Source of the DNA: a virus
Reading direction: 5' to 3' (one strand)
DNA length: 64,000 nucleotides
Virus record (IMG/VR): IMGVR_UViG_3300030419_002557
Coordinates: 1-64,000 of that record
Below, piece by piece: positions 52,605 through 62,038 of this stretch (the stretch's first letter is position 1; every line of letters starts with the position of its first letter). The notes below the pieces were generated by a model. It was not told the origin of the DNA and searched no databases. It saw only the letters and a program-made list of their open reading frames with translations. A program made the translations under genes and the position numbers.

Positions 52605-54710
52605 ATGCCATTAACCAGCGGCCAAGACCTCTTAACGCAACGTGTACTGAACCTTTTTCGCTTGCATGACGAGCAGGCCGCTGAAGTTCGAAGAATAAAG
52701 CAAGAGATTGCGGAGGGTGGCCCGAATTGGCTTTGGGAAAGTCTTGAGGACGCAGAGGGTGCGCTTCGTGAGATCGAAACAGAGTTTAGCGGGGCAAAAC
52801 GTCTTCTTGAGGAGCGCCGAAATCGCACCTGGAGCGCTCTTGAAGAGAGGTATGCGTCTGCTGTTGCGGAGCCATACATTGAAGGAGAAGTGTTTGAAAG
52901 TGAGATGGACTGGCAATCCAAAGAAGCTGGGGTCAGGCGAGGGGAGGCGGCTGCTGAAGGTAGAGCCGCAAGGTCTGGTCGACAGAGCTTAGACGATCTC
53001 CTTCAAAGCGAGGGTATTCCAAGAGAGGGCTTCTTAGACTTCATGGAAATTCCAGAGAATCGTCGCTCTGGAAAATCAATCCCACAGTTAATCGAGGATT
53101 ACAAAATTGCAGGCGAGCTTCCTGGGTCCGCTGGTATGCCTGCCAGTCGTCCCACGGCGCGTATGCCTGTTGAAGGATTGTCTTCCGACCCAGGCTTGCA
53201 GTCGGGAACATACATCGATGAGTTCGGTGAAACTGTTCGACGACCCACGTCCTCGATTGTTTCTCCAACCTCAGATCAAAAGGCGTTCAGTGCCTTAGAT
53301 CCAGAAGGTGGACTTAACGTCTTCACCCCGACTGACGTTGAGGCAGAGTGGACAGGTAGTCCCCAAATGCTTGCTGACGAAATACTTGATGACGAAGATG
53401 TTCTCGCGCGAGCAATCGCACCGAAAAAAGATTTGCTAGAGGGTGCAACACTTGGAATGGACCCAGAAACTGGGGATTTCCGTCCTATTACACCTTCAGG
53501 TGAGCGCCAGATGATTGTTGGCGGCAGCAATATCCCAGAGCGCCAGATGGTTGTGCCAGGCGGCAATGTACCAGAGAGTTATTGGATTGAAAGCGCCGCA
53601 GACGCACTGAATCTTGAACCTGGGCAAGTTCGACAGGACATCAGGTCTCAGGCAGACTTTTACAAAGGGCTTCTCAGGGAGAACAAAACACCAGCAATCG
53701 CTTTTGATGACCCCATTATGAGAGCAGCATACGAGATTGCGGAAGCAGAAGTTGCTGCTGAACGAAGGACTGCCTCCCCCCGACCGGGGCGCAGCGCACG
53801 AGGCGCTGCAAGTGTCCCTGCTGACTCTGAGTTCGCTCGTATTAATAGGCCCTTTTTGGATGCTGCAAGGACTTCCGGTGGCAGAGCCGCAGCAGAAGCT
53901 GAAGCTAGGCGTCTTTTGGATTTGTTGAAAGACCCAAACATCGAGGCAAGAATTGGCCCAGAGGGATTCAGTCAGCTTAAGACTAAGGCATCGGGGCTTA
54001 GTGCAGCCCTTGATGCGGTGGGCAGCGCAGCGCTTGCAGCCGAGCTTGGGTATTTCGTTGTCCAAGAAGGAGATATTGGTCGCGGCGTGATGGCCCAGGG
54101 GGCCGCAAGCATCGAAGGGACGGGCGCACTATTACAGCTTCCTCAACAAGCCATGGAGCAAATCCCTGGCTACGGAGAAGTCGGTGTCCATCCTGGCGCT
54201 GAGGGTCTCGCTTGGGCGGGCCGAAAAATCAGTAGACTCGCGGAACCGTACCGTCGAATGAAAGACCGCGAGGCCTATTGGGCTTTTGAAGAACGCAATG
54301 TTCCTGAAAGGATGCGAATGAATCCTGCCCTTACTGAAGCTGAAGCGAAAACTTTAGTTAGAAACGAGTGGAACACCCTTCAAGCCGCCCCTCCTGGGGG
54401 CTACCCACAGCAAATCCTAACGGGAACCCAGCAGCGAGCCTTGTTGGACGCAGGCTATGACCCTCTCACTCGGACTTGGGGAAATGTTCCCACGCCCAAC
54501 TGGTTTGGTTTGTCAGCAAATGAGCCGGTTAGTCAGCGAGAGGCCGAGAAGCAGCGCTACATGAACTGGCTTGTCGACCAGGGATACATGAAGTGGGGAA
54601 CTGGTAAGTATGAAGGCGCACTTTTGCAGGACACGAGGGCCCGAGAAGAAGGCAGCTACCCCACCATGAGTGACTGGGAAACAGAACAATCCTTAGCAGG
54701 TGGAATGTAA
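52605..54710 (+). CDS. Large hypothetical protein (possible internal virion protein)
   Basis: 701-aa ORF, A/E/G-rich, one hydrophobic segment. Confidence 0.6.
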   Translation: MPLTSGQDLLTQRVLNLFRLHDEQAAEVRRIKQEIAEGGPNWLWESLEDAEGALREIETEFSGAKRLLEERRNRTWSALEERYASAVAEPYIEGEVFESEMDWQSKEAGVRRGEAAAEGRAARSGRQSLDDLLQSEGIPREGFLDFMEIPENRRSGKSIPQLIEDYKIAGELPGSAGMPASRPTARMPVEGLSSDPGLQSGTYIDEFGETVRRPTSSIVSPTSDQKAFSALDPEGGLNVFTPTDVEAEWTGSPQMLADEILDDEDVLARAIAPKKDLLEGATLGMDPETGDFRPITPSGERQMIVGGSNIPERQMVVPGGNVPESYWIESAADALNLEPGQVRQDIRSQADFYKGLLRENKTPAIAFDDPIMRAAYEIAEAEVAAERRTASPRPGRSARGAASVPADSEFARINRPFLDAARTSGGRAAAEAEARRLLDLLKDPNIEARIGPEGFSQLKTKASGLSAALDAVGSAALAAELGYFVVQEGDIGRGVMAQGAASIEGTGALLQLPQQAMEQIPGYGEVGVHPGAEGLAWAGRKISRLAEPYRRMKDREAYWAFEERNVPERMRMNPALTEAEAKTLVRNEWNTLQAAPPGGYPQQILTGTQQRALLDAGYDPLTRTWGNVPTPNWFGLSANEPVSQREAEKQRYMNWLVDQGYMKWGTGKYEGALLQDTRAREEGSYPTMSDWETEQSLAGGM

Positions 54711-55369
54711 TGGCTGGCTACGATCCACTAACAGGAAATGCACGATGGCCCCTCCCAGGCGAGAGCCTGATGGAGCGTCCTTCAGAGGCGAGCCCCGCTA
54801 AGCCGAAGGCTCCTAAACGCACAGAAGACTGGGGTCTTTTCCACCAGTTTGATGAAGAAGAAAGAGATGACCTTCTTCGACGGATTGGTCAATCTTGGTT
54901 GGGTCCTGAAGAAGAAGCGAGCGCGACAGGAGAGGCTCCTTTTGATTTTGACCAAACGAACGAATACACTCGCCGCATAATGGAGTTGATTGGTAGCTCG
55001 CAGAGCGCCGCAAGAAGAGGCGCAGGAGCCCCTGTCGACCCCTCTGAAGCACATGGTGGCTCTCCGCCGCGAGGGATTGATCATCTTATGAATGAGATCG
55101 ACAACGCCGCAGATCAACACGACTGGCCTGAAGAAGAAAAAGAGAACGCACGAAAAGCCATTGAAGCCTTCATGGACGACGATGAAGACCTTTATTACGA
55201 GGACCTCGCCCTGGCGTGGACTGGTGATTTACCGGGCGGTCATGGAATAGCGTATAAAACCAACGCATCTGGCGAGTTCGAAAACGATGAGGTTGCCGTT
55301 TACTACCCAGAAACAGGGCAAACCGAATACTTCACCAGTTCCGAATGGGCTGACATGATTAGGGGATAA
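54710..55369 (+). CDS. Hypothetical acidic protein
   Basis: TAATG coupling. Confidence 0.6.
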   Translation: MAGYDPLTGNARWPLPGESLMERPSEASPAKPKAPKRTEDWGLFHQFDEEERDDLLRRIGQSWLGPEEEASATGEAPFDFDQTNEYTRRIMELIGSSQSAARRGAGAPVDPSEAHGGSPPRGIDHLMNEIDNAADQHDWPEEEKENARKAIEAFMDDDEDLYYEDLALAWTGDLPGGHGIAYKTNASGEFENDEVAVYYPETGQTEYFTSSEWADMIRG

Positions 55370-55767
55370 TGATGGCTGAAGATAAGTTTCATGACGCAAT
55401 GCTAAAGCGTGGTTCAGTTATGAACCGTTTGAAAGATGGTGATTCTTATGCAGAGGCCCCGGACAAACCCGAGCAGAGTCTGGAGCAACACGCCAAAAAG
55501 GCAAACGAGAGTTTTCCAGCCTTCAACAAACAGTACGTTGCAGACCAGAAAGAAAAAATGAGGGTGCTGAAGGCCTCCGTGACACAGGTCCTTGTAGGGA
55601 GCGGTCTGGATGAATTACAATCCAACACTGTAATGGAGGATGTAATGACTAATTATCCAGAACTAGCTCCTCGCATTATGGAGGGTTTGGTAAGCGGTGA
55701 TTTGCGTTATGTCTCAAAAGATGACTATGAGGCAATCAAAGATCGTTTTCCTTTATTGAAAACGTAA
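55369..55767 (+). CDS. Hypothetical protein
   Basis: TAATG coupling. Confidence 0.6.
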   Translation: MMAEDKFHDAMLKRGSVMNRLKDGDSYAEAPDKPEQSLEQHAKKANESFPAFNKQYVADQKEKMRVLKASVTQVLVGSGLDELQSNTVMEDVMTNYPELAPRIMEGLVSGDLRYVSKDDYEAIKDRFPLLKT

Positions 55768-55777
55768 TAGGCAAATC

Positions 55778-58057
55778 ATGGCTGAAAATGACATCCTTAC
55801 TCCCAAAGTCATGCGTGCTCATCTTGATGCACACGACAAGACAACAAGAAACCAGGCGAAGGATTGGCGTCTCTACAAAGAGACCTATCTAACTCGGTTT
55901 TGGGAGACCTATCAGGCAGGAAATGTCCGCACAATGCAGGACCTTCCAAGCCAGATTCAGATTGAAGTTAACCGGCTATACGGAATCATTGAAGCGTATG
56001 TCGCAGCCTTATACCCAAAGGCTGCCCGCGTTGTTGTGGGGCCTGGTCCTACGTTAGGTGGCGATGCAACCAAAGTCGAGATGGTTGCCAACAAGTGGCT
56101 CACTCAAAACAGGACACACCTTCGGGTGCTTAAAGCTATCCGACAGGGTCTGTTGTACCCAGGTTCGGGCATTAAAGTGGGTGTTGATGACGGCCCTGGT
56201 GACGTTTTGGACCGGGTTTGGTTCCGGGTAATCCCATATTGGGAGATGATTCTGGACTCAGATGTCTATGACGAAGACGACTCTAGGTTTATTGGTCACG
56301 TTTACTACCGGCCACTGCGAGAAGTCGAGGATCAATACGGCGTCAGTGGTCTTGTTGGCCAGCCCAGAGAGGATTTTCTGGACGGAAACGCTGGCGCGGT
56401 GACCAGAAATAACCGTCGTGGCTCTAAAAAAGGCAACAAAGGTGGGGAATACGACCCAGATGATGACCTTTTTGTGCGGGTTATGGAGGTCTGTAATCTG
56501 ATTGACACCTATCAATCAGAAGAAGGAGCGATGCGCGGCAAGTTTGAAGTCTTTCTTCTTGATCAGGGAGAAGAATACGAGGAGCCTATTTTTTCAGGGC
56601 CGATGCCGTACTCTACCCGTGCAGGCGATCCCCTTCCTCACATCGTTCCGTTGATTTTTAATCAAGAACCTGAGTTCCCTTTAAGGGGAATTAGCCACGC
56701 ATCTCGATTGTTTCCGCAGATTCAAGAGATAAACGTGTTCCGTTCCTTCCGAGCTAACGCCGCGCGTCGAGATTCTCGACAGTATTTGGCGCTAGATGGT
56801 GTGCTGACAGCCGACCAAATGAGCCTTATTACCGCTGGTGTGGACGGACTTGTGATTCCTGTAGAGGATGCAAGGATGCAGGGTCGTGATTTGAACGGTG
56901 TGGTTGTTCCTATTCAGAACGCGCAAGTATCTCCAAACATCATGAACTATGAAATGCAGGCGGAGGCCGATCTTGAGCGTGCTGCTGGCACAAGCCCCAA
57001 TGCATATGGCGGGGTTACCCAGGCAACGGCAACAGAAGTCATGAATCTTCGCGACTATACGGAGTCAGAGTACGGTCGACACGCGATGATCAAGGACAAC
57101 TGGGTTGCACAGGTGGTTCAGGTATTCCTGCGAGCAATCGTAGCTTCTATGGAAGCGCCGCTTCGAGACTTCGGAATGGAGTACAAGCGCGAAATTGTTG
57201 GCGTTGATGACGTTGAGCAGAAGGAAGACCAGACCGAAGACGCCATCGAGGAAGCCGAGGACCAGATCGAAGAGGTCGAGGAAGAGGTTCAAGAGATTGC
57301 AGAAGAGGCTGCGGAAGAAGCCGAGGAAGGGGAGGCTGTAGTTGTTCAGGCTACCGCTGAGATTGATGTTGAAATGCCTCCCGAGCCTGACGTTATTCGC
57401 ATTAAGTCTGGACCAGACATCATTGAGATTACGGTTGAAGACCTTGAGGGTGATTTCCAGATTGAAGTTGTCGACTCGCGTCGAACCCCGTTTTCGGACC
57501 AGGCTGTTCGTGACGCTGTGCTGCAACTAATGCAGCCACTTCAGCAGCTTTGGAGCCTCGTTCAAAAGGGCGGCCCTGAAGCCGTGCTTGCCAAGGCGCA
57601 AATGGAAGCCTTGGTTGAAAAGTTTGATTTGCCACAAGACATGCACCCTGATGCTTTGGAAGTTGCGCTAGAGGAAATGACAGCGGAACAAGCAAAGAAA
57701 GAAGCAGAGATGGGCGGTCAAGCTCCACCGCAAGGACAACCACCGGGACCGCCGCAAGGACAACCACCGGGACCGCCGCCACCGGGTCCTCCTCCACAAG
57801 GACCGCCTCCCCCACCGCAGGCAGCCCCGCCACAAGGCCCTCCGCCCCCTCCACAGGGCGGGGGGCTACCCCCTGAAGTGGTTCAGCAACTGATGGCTAT
57901 GCCGCCAGCGCAGGCTATTGAGCAGTTGGCTCAGATTTTAGAGCAAGCTGGGGCACCACCAGAAATTTTGCAGCAGCTTGAGCAAGCGCTCCAACTGCCA
58001 GAAAACGAGCAGCGCCAGTTTCTACTGGGGATTCTTGAACAGCTTGGGGGACAGTAA
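55778..58057 (+). CDS. Portal protein
   Basis: Size and position; VNRLYGIIEAYVAALYPKA, TQATATEV motifs typical of P22-like portals; acidic insert and P/Q/G tail. Confidence 0.8.
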   Translation: MAENDILTPKVMRAHLDAHDKTTRNQAKDWRLYKETYLTRFWETYQAGNVRTMQDLPSQIQIEVNRLYGIIEAYVAALYPKAARVVVGPGPTLGGDATKVEMVANKWLTQNRTHLRVLKAIRQGLLYPGSGIKVGVDDGPGDVLDRVWFRVIPYWEMILDSDVYDEDDSRFIGHVYYRPLREVEDQYGVSGLVGQPREDFLDGNAGAVTRNNRRGSKKGNKGGEYDPDDDLFVRVMEVCNLIDTYQSEEGAMRGKFEVFLLDQGEEYEEPIFSGPMPYSTRAGDPLPHIVPLIFNQEPEFPLRGISHASRLFPQIQEINVFRSFRANAARRDSRQYLALDGVLTADQMSLITAGVDGLVIPVEDARMQGRDLNGVVVPIQNAQVSPNIMNYEMQAEADLERAAGTSPNAYGGVTQATATEVMNLRDYTESEYGRHAMIKDNWVAQVVQVFLRAIVASMEAPLRDFGMEYKREIVGVDDVEQKEDQTEDAIEEAEDQIEEVEEEVQEIAEEAAEEAEEGEAVVVQATAEIDVEMPPEPDVIRIKSGPDIIEITVEDLEGDFQIEVVDSRRTPFSDQAVRDAVLQLMQPLQQLWSLVQKGGPEAVLAKAQMEALVEKFDLPQDMHPDALEVALEEMTAEQAKKEAEMGGQAPPQGQPPGPPQGQPPGPPPPGPPPQGPPPPPQAAPPQGPPPPPQGGGLPPEVVQQLMAMPPAQAIEQLAQILEQAGAPPEILQQLEQALQLPENEQRQFLLGILEQLGGQ

Positions 58058-58680
58058 TGCCCATTTACAGCTTCGATTGCGTTGAATGCCAACACGAGAC
58101 AGAGATTTTCTGCGGCATTGAGTCTAGGCCGGATGTCATTGAGTGTGAAGAGTGCAGTGCTGATGCAAAGTGGAGAAGCATTAACTGGCAGCCACCACCT
58201 AAAAAGAAGAACCAACATGTCATTTACGGGTCTGGAAAAAGCCCCGATGAATACATGAAGAAAGAAAGGCTAATTCAGTACAAGTGCGCCAAGTGTAGTC
58301 ACGGAACCTTCGAATGGTTTAAAGGAAAACCACCAGAGGAAGTCGATTGCGAGTATGAGACTTGTTCTGGAAAAGCCGCTCGTGTTTACAAAGTAAAGCT
58401 CGACATGCACTGGGCTCGTTTTCCGTACTATGACCGTGGTCTTGGGGTCATGCTTACATCGGAGAAGCATCGACGAGAGGTCTGTCGGCAGCAAGGACTA
58501 ACCCCAGTAGATGGTGATTGGGACCTTGCAGGCGAGATTGCTAAGAACGAAGCAAAAGTTGAAGAGGAAAAAGAAACTTATAGGGATTATTATGACAGGG
58601 TTCATAATGATCCTGCGTACAAGGACTTTCGAAAAGCCCAAGATGAAGGTCAAATCGACCAACTACTTCCCCCAGATTGA
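58057..58680 (+). CDS. FmdB-like zinc-ribbon protein (two ribbons)
   Basis: MPIYSFDCVECQHETE..CEEC; YKCAKCSH..CEYETC. Confidence 0.7.
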   Translation: MPIYSFDCVECQHETEIFCGIESRPDVIECEECSADAKWRSINWQPPPKKKNQHVIYGSGKSPDEYMKKERLIQYKCAKCSHGTFEWFKGKPPEEVDCEYETCSGKAARVYKVKLDMHWARFPYYDRGLGVMLTSEKHRREVCRQQGLTPVDGDWDLAGEIAKNEAKVEEEKETYRDYYDRVHNDPAYKDFRKAQDEGQIDQLLPPD

Positions 58681-58697
58681 TTTGAAGGAGAGAGCAA

Positions 58698-59345
58698 ATG
58701 CCTACTGACCCCGTAACTGGAGAACGACTCCCATACCCAGGTGAGCCTGGTGGACCACCAATGGGGCCTCCCCCAGGAGGTGCTCAAATGGGACCTCCCC
58801 CTGGTGGAGATATGGGTCCAAGCGTAGAAGAAATGGAACAACTTCGTGCTCAAGAAGCAGACTTACAAATGCAAGAGCTTGCGATGGGTGCTCCACCTCC
58901 AGATAAACCGTACAAGATTAAGACCATCAAAATGTTTTCGGACCAGATGGATAAGACTCTTGATGCTTTGTCTGGTACTGATGTCGAAATCCCTGCATGG
59001 GAACCCAACCCAGACGTAGTTGAAAAGGGAGATAGGTGGCCAGACCCGCTTCCTCCAGAGGTTTTTGCGCCAGCGGTTGCCTTGGTTGAAGCCATTCGCT
59101 TCATCGACCCAGAAGGTAACTACGAAAAATATATGTTTGATCCAGATGGCTTGGTTGGTGACAGTGAGTTGAAGGCTGCTGCTGGAAAACTCAAAATGAT
59201 GGAGAAGGACAAGCAGCTTGCACAAGATCTCCAGTCGCCCCCAGGTGAAGAGGCCATGGTAGAGGGTGAAGAACCCCCACCAATGCCGGAGGGTGAAGAG
59301 GAGCCAATGTCGCCTGACGATGAGCTTCTTTCGGAAAACATGTAG
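58698..59345 (+). CDS. Pro/acidic-rich hypothetical head-module protein
   Basis: RBS AAGGAGA. Confidence 0.6.
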   Translation: MPTDPVTGERLPYPGEPGGPPMGPPPGGAQMGPPPGGDMGPSVEEMEQLRAQEADLQMQELAMGAPPPDKPYKIKTIKMFSDQMDKTLDALSGTDVEIPAWEPNPDVVEKGDRWPDPLPPEVFAPAVALVEAIRFIDPEGNYEKYMFDPDGLVGDSELKAAAGKLKMMEKDKQLAQDLQSPPGEEAMVEGEEPPPMPEGEEEPMSPDDELLSENM

Positions 59346-59424
59346 CTTACACTCTTGCTTCACATGCTGTGGAGCTTTACAATCGTTCTGTGCAGGGCCC
59401 TTGAACTGCACATAAGGAGAAAAA

Positions 59425-60417
59425 ATGGCAGATACGGAACTGAGCAACTCTACCGCTGATGGTGGAGCCGTTGCGTCTAACGGTGTCTCAGCCCAACCTG
59501 TAGCCGATGTGGCTACCAATGATGCAGCCTCGGGCAACATCATCGAGCAGGTTAATGCGGCTGGAACTCGCGATAGCGCGGCAACATCTGAAAGTGAGTC
59601 AGGGACTCGGGGCACCAATAATGCTGACGCTGGTGCTCAACCAGATCGTGCATTCGATCTATTGACATCAGAGTTACCGGCTGACGAGACTTTCTCGTTA
59701 GATGGTTTCTACAAGGGAATCAAACCGGAGCATCTGGAGAAGTTGGACCCGCTTTCGAAGCAGGTCATCCACAATCTACGTCGCGACTACCACAATAAAC
59801 GCCAGCGTGATTCCGCAAAGGCTCGTGAGGCTGAGGCTTCATTTGCTGACAAACTAAACCAGTTGAAGGAGAAAGAGCGTGCTCTTACTACTCGGCAGGC
59901 AGCGTTTGCGAAGCTTATTGAAGACCCCAACCTTAAAGAGGTGTTAGCGAAGCCCGAATCCGAGCTTCCTGATCTTCTGAGCCCAGAAGGAATCGAGGCA
60001 CGCATTGAGCGTGCTGCTGCTGAAAAGCTTAGTCAATTGGTCCAGCCAATTGCTGAGCATTCCCAGCAGGAAACGCGCCGACTAGCTCTCAGCGACTTTA
60101 CGGAAGCACATCCCGAAATGAAGGATGCAAGCTTTCGTGGAGAGGTTGCCGAGCTTATTCGTCAGCGAAAGGCGTCAGGTTTCGACATTAGTACACCGGA
60201 CGCCTATGAGCTTGTCAGAGGCCAGCGTGAAGTAGAGGCGCGTAAGCGCCACGAAGCGCGGCAGCGGCAAGTTCGAGCGGCTAGTGCGCGACAGATTGGG
60301 AAGTCCAAAGCGAATGCGGCAAAGTCTTCAGGTCCTCCAAAAGGAGCCAAGGCCCATGAGATATACGCTTGGGTCAAGGCCAACCCCGAAGAGGCGAAAC
60401 GTCGCCGTCTTAAATAA
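59425..60417 (+). CDS. Capsid scaffolding protein
   Basis: Disordered acidic N-terminus, LRRDYHNKRQ coiled coil, immediately upstream of the capsid gene. Confidence 0.75.
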   Translation: MADTELSNSTADGGAVASNGVSAQPVADVATNDAASGNIIEQVNAAGTRDSAATSESESGTRGTNNADAGAQPDRAFDLLTSELPADETFSLDGFYKGIKPEHLEKLDPLSKQVIHNLRRDYHNKRQRDSAKAREAEASFADKLNQLKEKERALTTRQAAFAKLIEDPNLKEVLAKPESELPDLLSPEGIEARIERAAAEKLSQLVQPIAEHSQQETRRLALSDFTEAHPEMKDASFRGEVAELIRQRKASGFDISTPDAYELVRGQREVEARKRHEARQRQVRAASARQIGKSKANAAKSSGPPKGAKAHEIYAWVKANPEEAKRRRLK

Positions 60418-60436
60418 CTAAGCCCCGAGGATTAAA

Positions 60437-61489
60437 ATGGCTGTTACCCAGGCCACTGGCCTAAATATCACCGACGAGCTTCTCTCGTCGACCTTGTATT
60501 TGCTCGCGGAAGACTTCCGTGACAACCTTGCCCGCACCACGGCGTTGATTGACGTTCATGAAGAAGTTCATGGCAAAGGTCAGCCCAAGGTTGAGGGTGG
60601 AACCCGCTACATCGAGCCACTTGGCTTTGGTGAGCACAGTAACGCGACTCGTATGCAGACTGGATACGAGAAGCTTAACTTGACCGTGGCCGATGTTCTT
60701 CTGCCAGCGGTGTACACTCCTGCACACACCACGATGCCGATTGCCATCTCTAAGGATGAGGAAATCAAAAACCGTGGTGAAGCTGCTGTGATTAGCATCC
60801 TTGATGCTCGCACTAAGGCTGTGATGGGTGCTATGCGCCGTAACCTCCTCCGCAAGACGGTTGAGGGTGTGGACGCAGGCGGTTTTGCTGATTGGGCAAC
60901 GCTCAACGGTATTACCTATGCTACTGGTTACCTTGAGGAGAACGCTATTGGAGCGCAAGCCAACTCTGTTGGTGGTGTTTCTAAGGCTACCTACTCTGGT
61001 ATTCCCGGCTGGAACAACCAACGCGCCAACATCAACAACAGCTTCAACGCTAACGGTCTTCAAGCTCTTGTTGACTTGCGTGTTGAAACTTCTGCTGTGT
61101 CCCCTGGTGGCGAGCCTCACATCTGGCTGGCGTCTCGTGCAGGAGCGAAGAACCTCAAGCGTTCTCTCCGTGCATTCGAGCGCTACGTCGACGAGGCTAA
61201 GCTCGACGGTGGCCGTATGGTTCAGATGTGGGACGGTATCCGCATGGAAACCGAATACTACATGCCCACCAACACTGCTACTCACACTACTGCTACCATC
61301 AGCTTCTACTTGTTGAATCTTGATGACATCCACTACGTCTTCGATAGCGAAGGATACTTCGATGTATCTCCGTTCGAGAAGATCAGCGGTGAGTACGATG
61401 TTCGTTCGGCAAATGTTCGTCTCTACGGACAGCTTGTTGCTAAGCACCTCGGTTCGTCAGGCATTGCCTATGACGGTGAAACCTTCTAA
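60437..61489 (+). CDS. Major capsid protein
   Basis: 350 aa; DELLSSTL..DNL, GGTRYIEPL, ISKDEEIKNRGEAAVISIL, VGGVSKATY..WNNQ, FYLLN; strongly biased codons. Confidence 0.88.
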   Translation: MAVTQATGLNITDELLSSTLYLLAEDFRDNLARTTALIDVHEEVHGKGQPKVEGGTRYIEPLGFGEHSNATRMQTGYEKLNLTVADVLLPAVYTPAHTTMPIAISKDEEIKNRGEAAVISILDARTKAVMGAMRRNLLRKTVEGVDAGGFADWATLNGITYATGYLEENAIGAQANSVGGVSKATYSGIPGWNNQRANINNSFNANGLQALVDLRVETSAVSPGGEPHIWLASRAGAKNLKRSLRAFERYVDEAKLDGGRMVQMWDGIRMETEYYMPTNTATHTTATISFYLLNLDDIHYVFDSEGYFDVSPFEKISGEYDVRSANVRLYGQLVAKHLGSSGIAYDGETF

Positions 61490-61513
61490 TCATAGTCTTT
61501 AAGGAGATTTAAA

Positions 61514-61966
61514 ATGGCTGTATTGAAGCGAGATGGCGGCAACGGCGTCATTGCATACCCAAAGAAGATCTATACTGCGCTTGCTAATGGCACTATTGCT
61601 GTTGGTGACGTGGTAAAGGTTGAAACCGACGTAAGTCAAACCCCTGACCCCGACACCTACGGTGCGGCTGGTTTCATTGTTGCACCCACCGCAGAGTCGA
61701 ACTCGGCTTTGGCTGTTGGTGTTGCAACAACCGCTGCTGCTGATGGTGAAGAGGTCCAGGTCCAGGTTTCTGGATTCAACGATGCTTGCACCTCTGCTGA
61801 GGCTATTGCAATCGGTGAAATGGTTGGCGGCTCTGCCAACGGTGACGTGCGTCAGTGGGACACTGAGAGTGCAACAGCACAACCCTTCGCGGTATGTGTG
61901 AATGCATTCGCAGGCACCACTAACGACGGCGCGATTCTTATTATCGATAAGGGTTGGCTGGGCTAA
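61514..61966 (+). CDS. Capsid cement/decoration protein (DUF2190-like)
   Basis: IAVGDVV..AVGVATTAAADGEEVQVQVSG..AIAIGE. Confidence 0.7.
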   Translation: MAVLKRDGGNGVIAYPKKIYTALANGTIAVGDVVKVETDVSQTPDPDTYGAAGFIVAPTAESNSALAVGVATTAAADGEEVQVQVSGFNDACTSAEAIAIGEMVGGSANGDVRQWDTESATAQPFAVCVNAFAGTTNDGAILIIDKGWLG

Positions 61967-61991
61967 TCGTCCACCTTTGTGTGACTTTAAG

Positions 61992-62028
61992 GCCCCTCGG
62001 GAGATATACTCTCGGGGGGCTTTCTTTT
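61992..62028 (+). terminator. Intrinsic terminator after the capsid genes
   Basis: GCCCCTCGGGAG-ATATA-CTCTCGGGGGGC-TTTCTTTT. Confidence 0.85.
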
Positions 62029-62038
62029 AGGAAGGAAC

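Noticed and set aside
60461-61447. 328-aa antisense ORF over the major capsid gene
   Set aside because: Codon-aligned mirror of a strongly biased gene; no RBS or motifs
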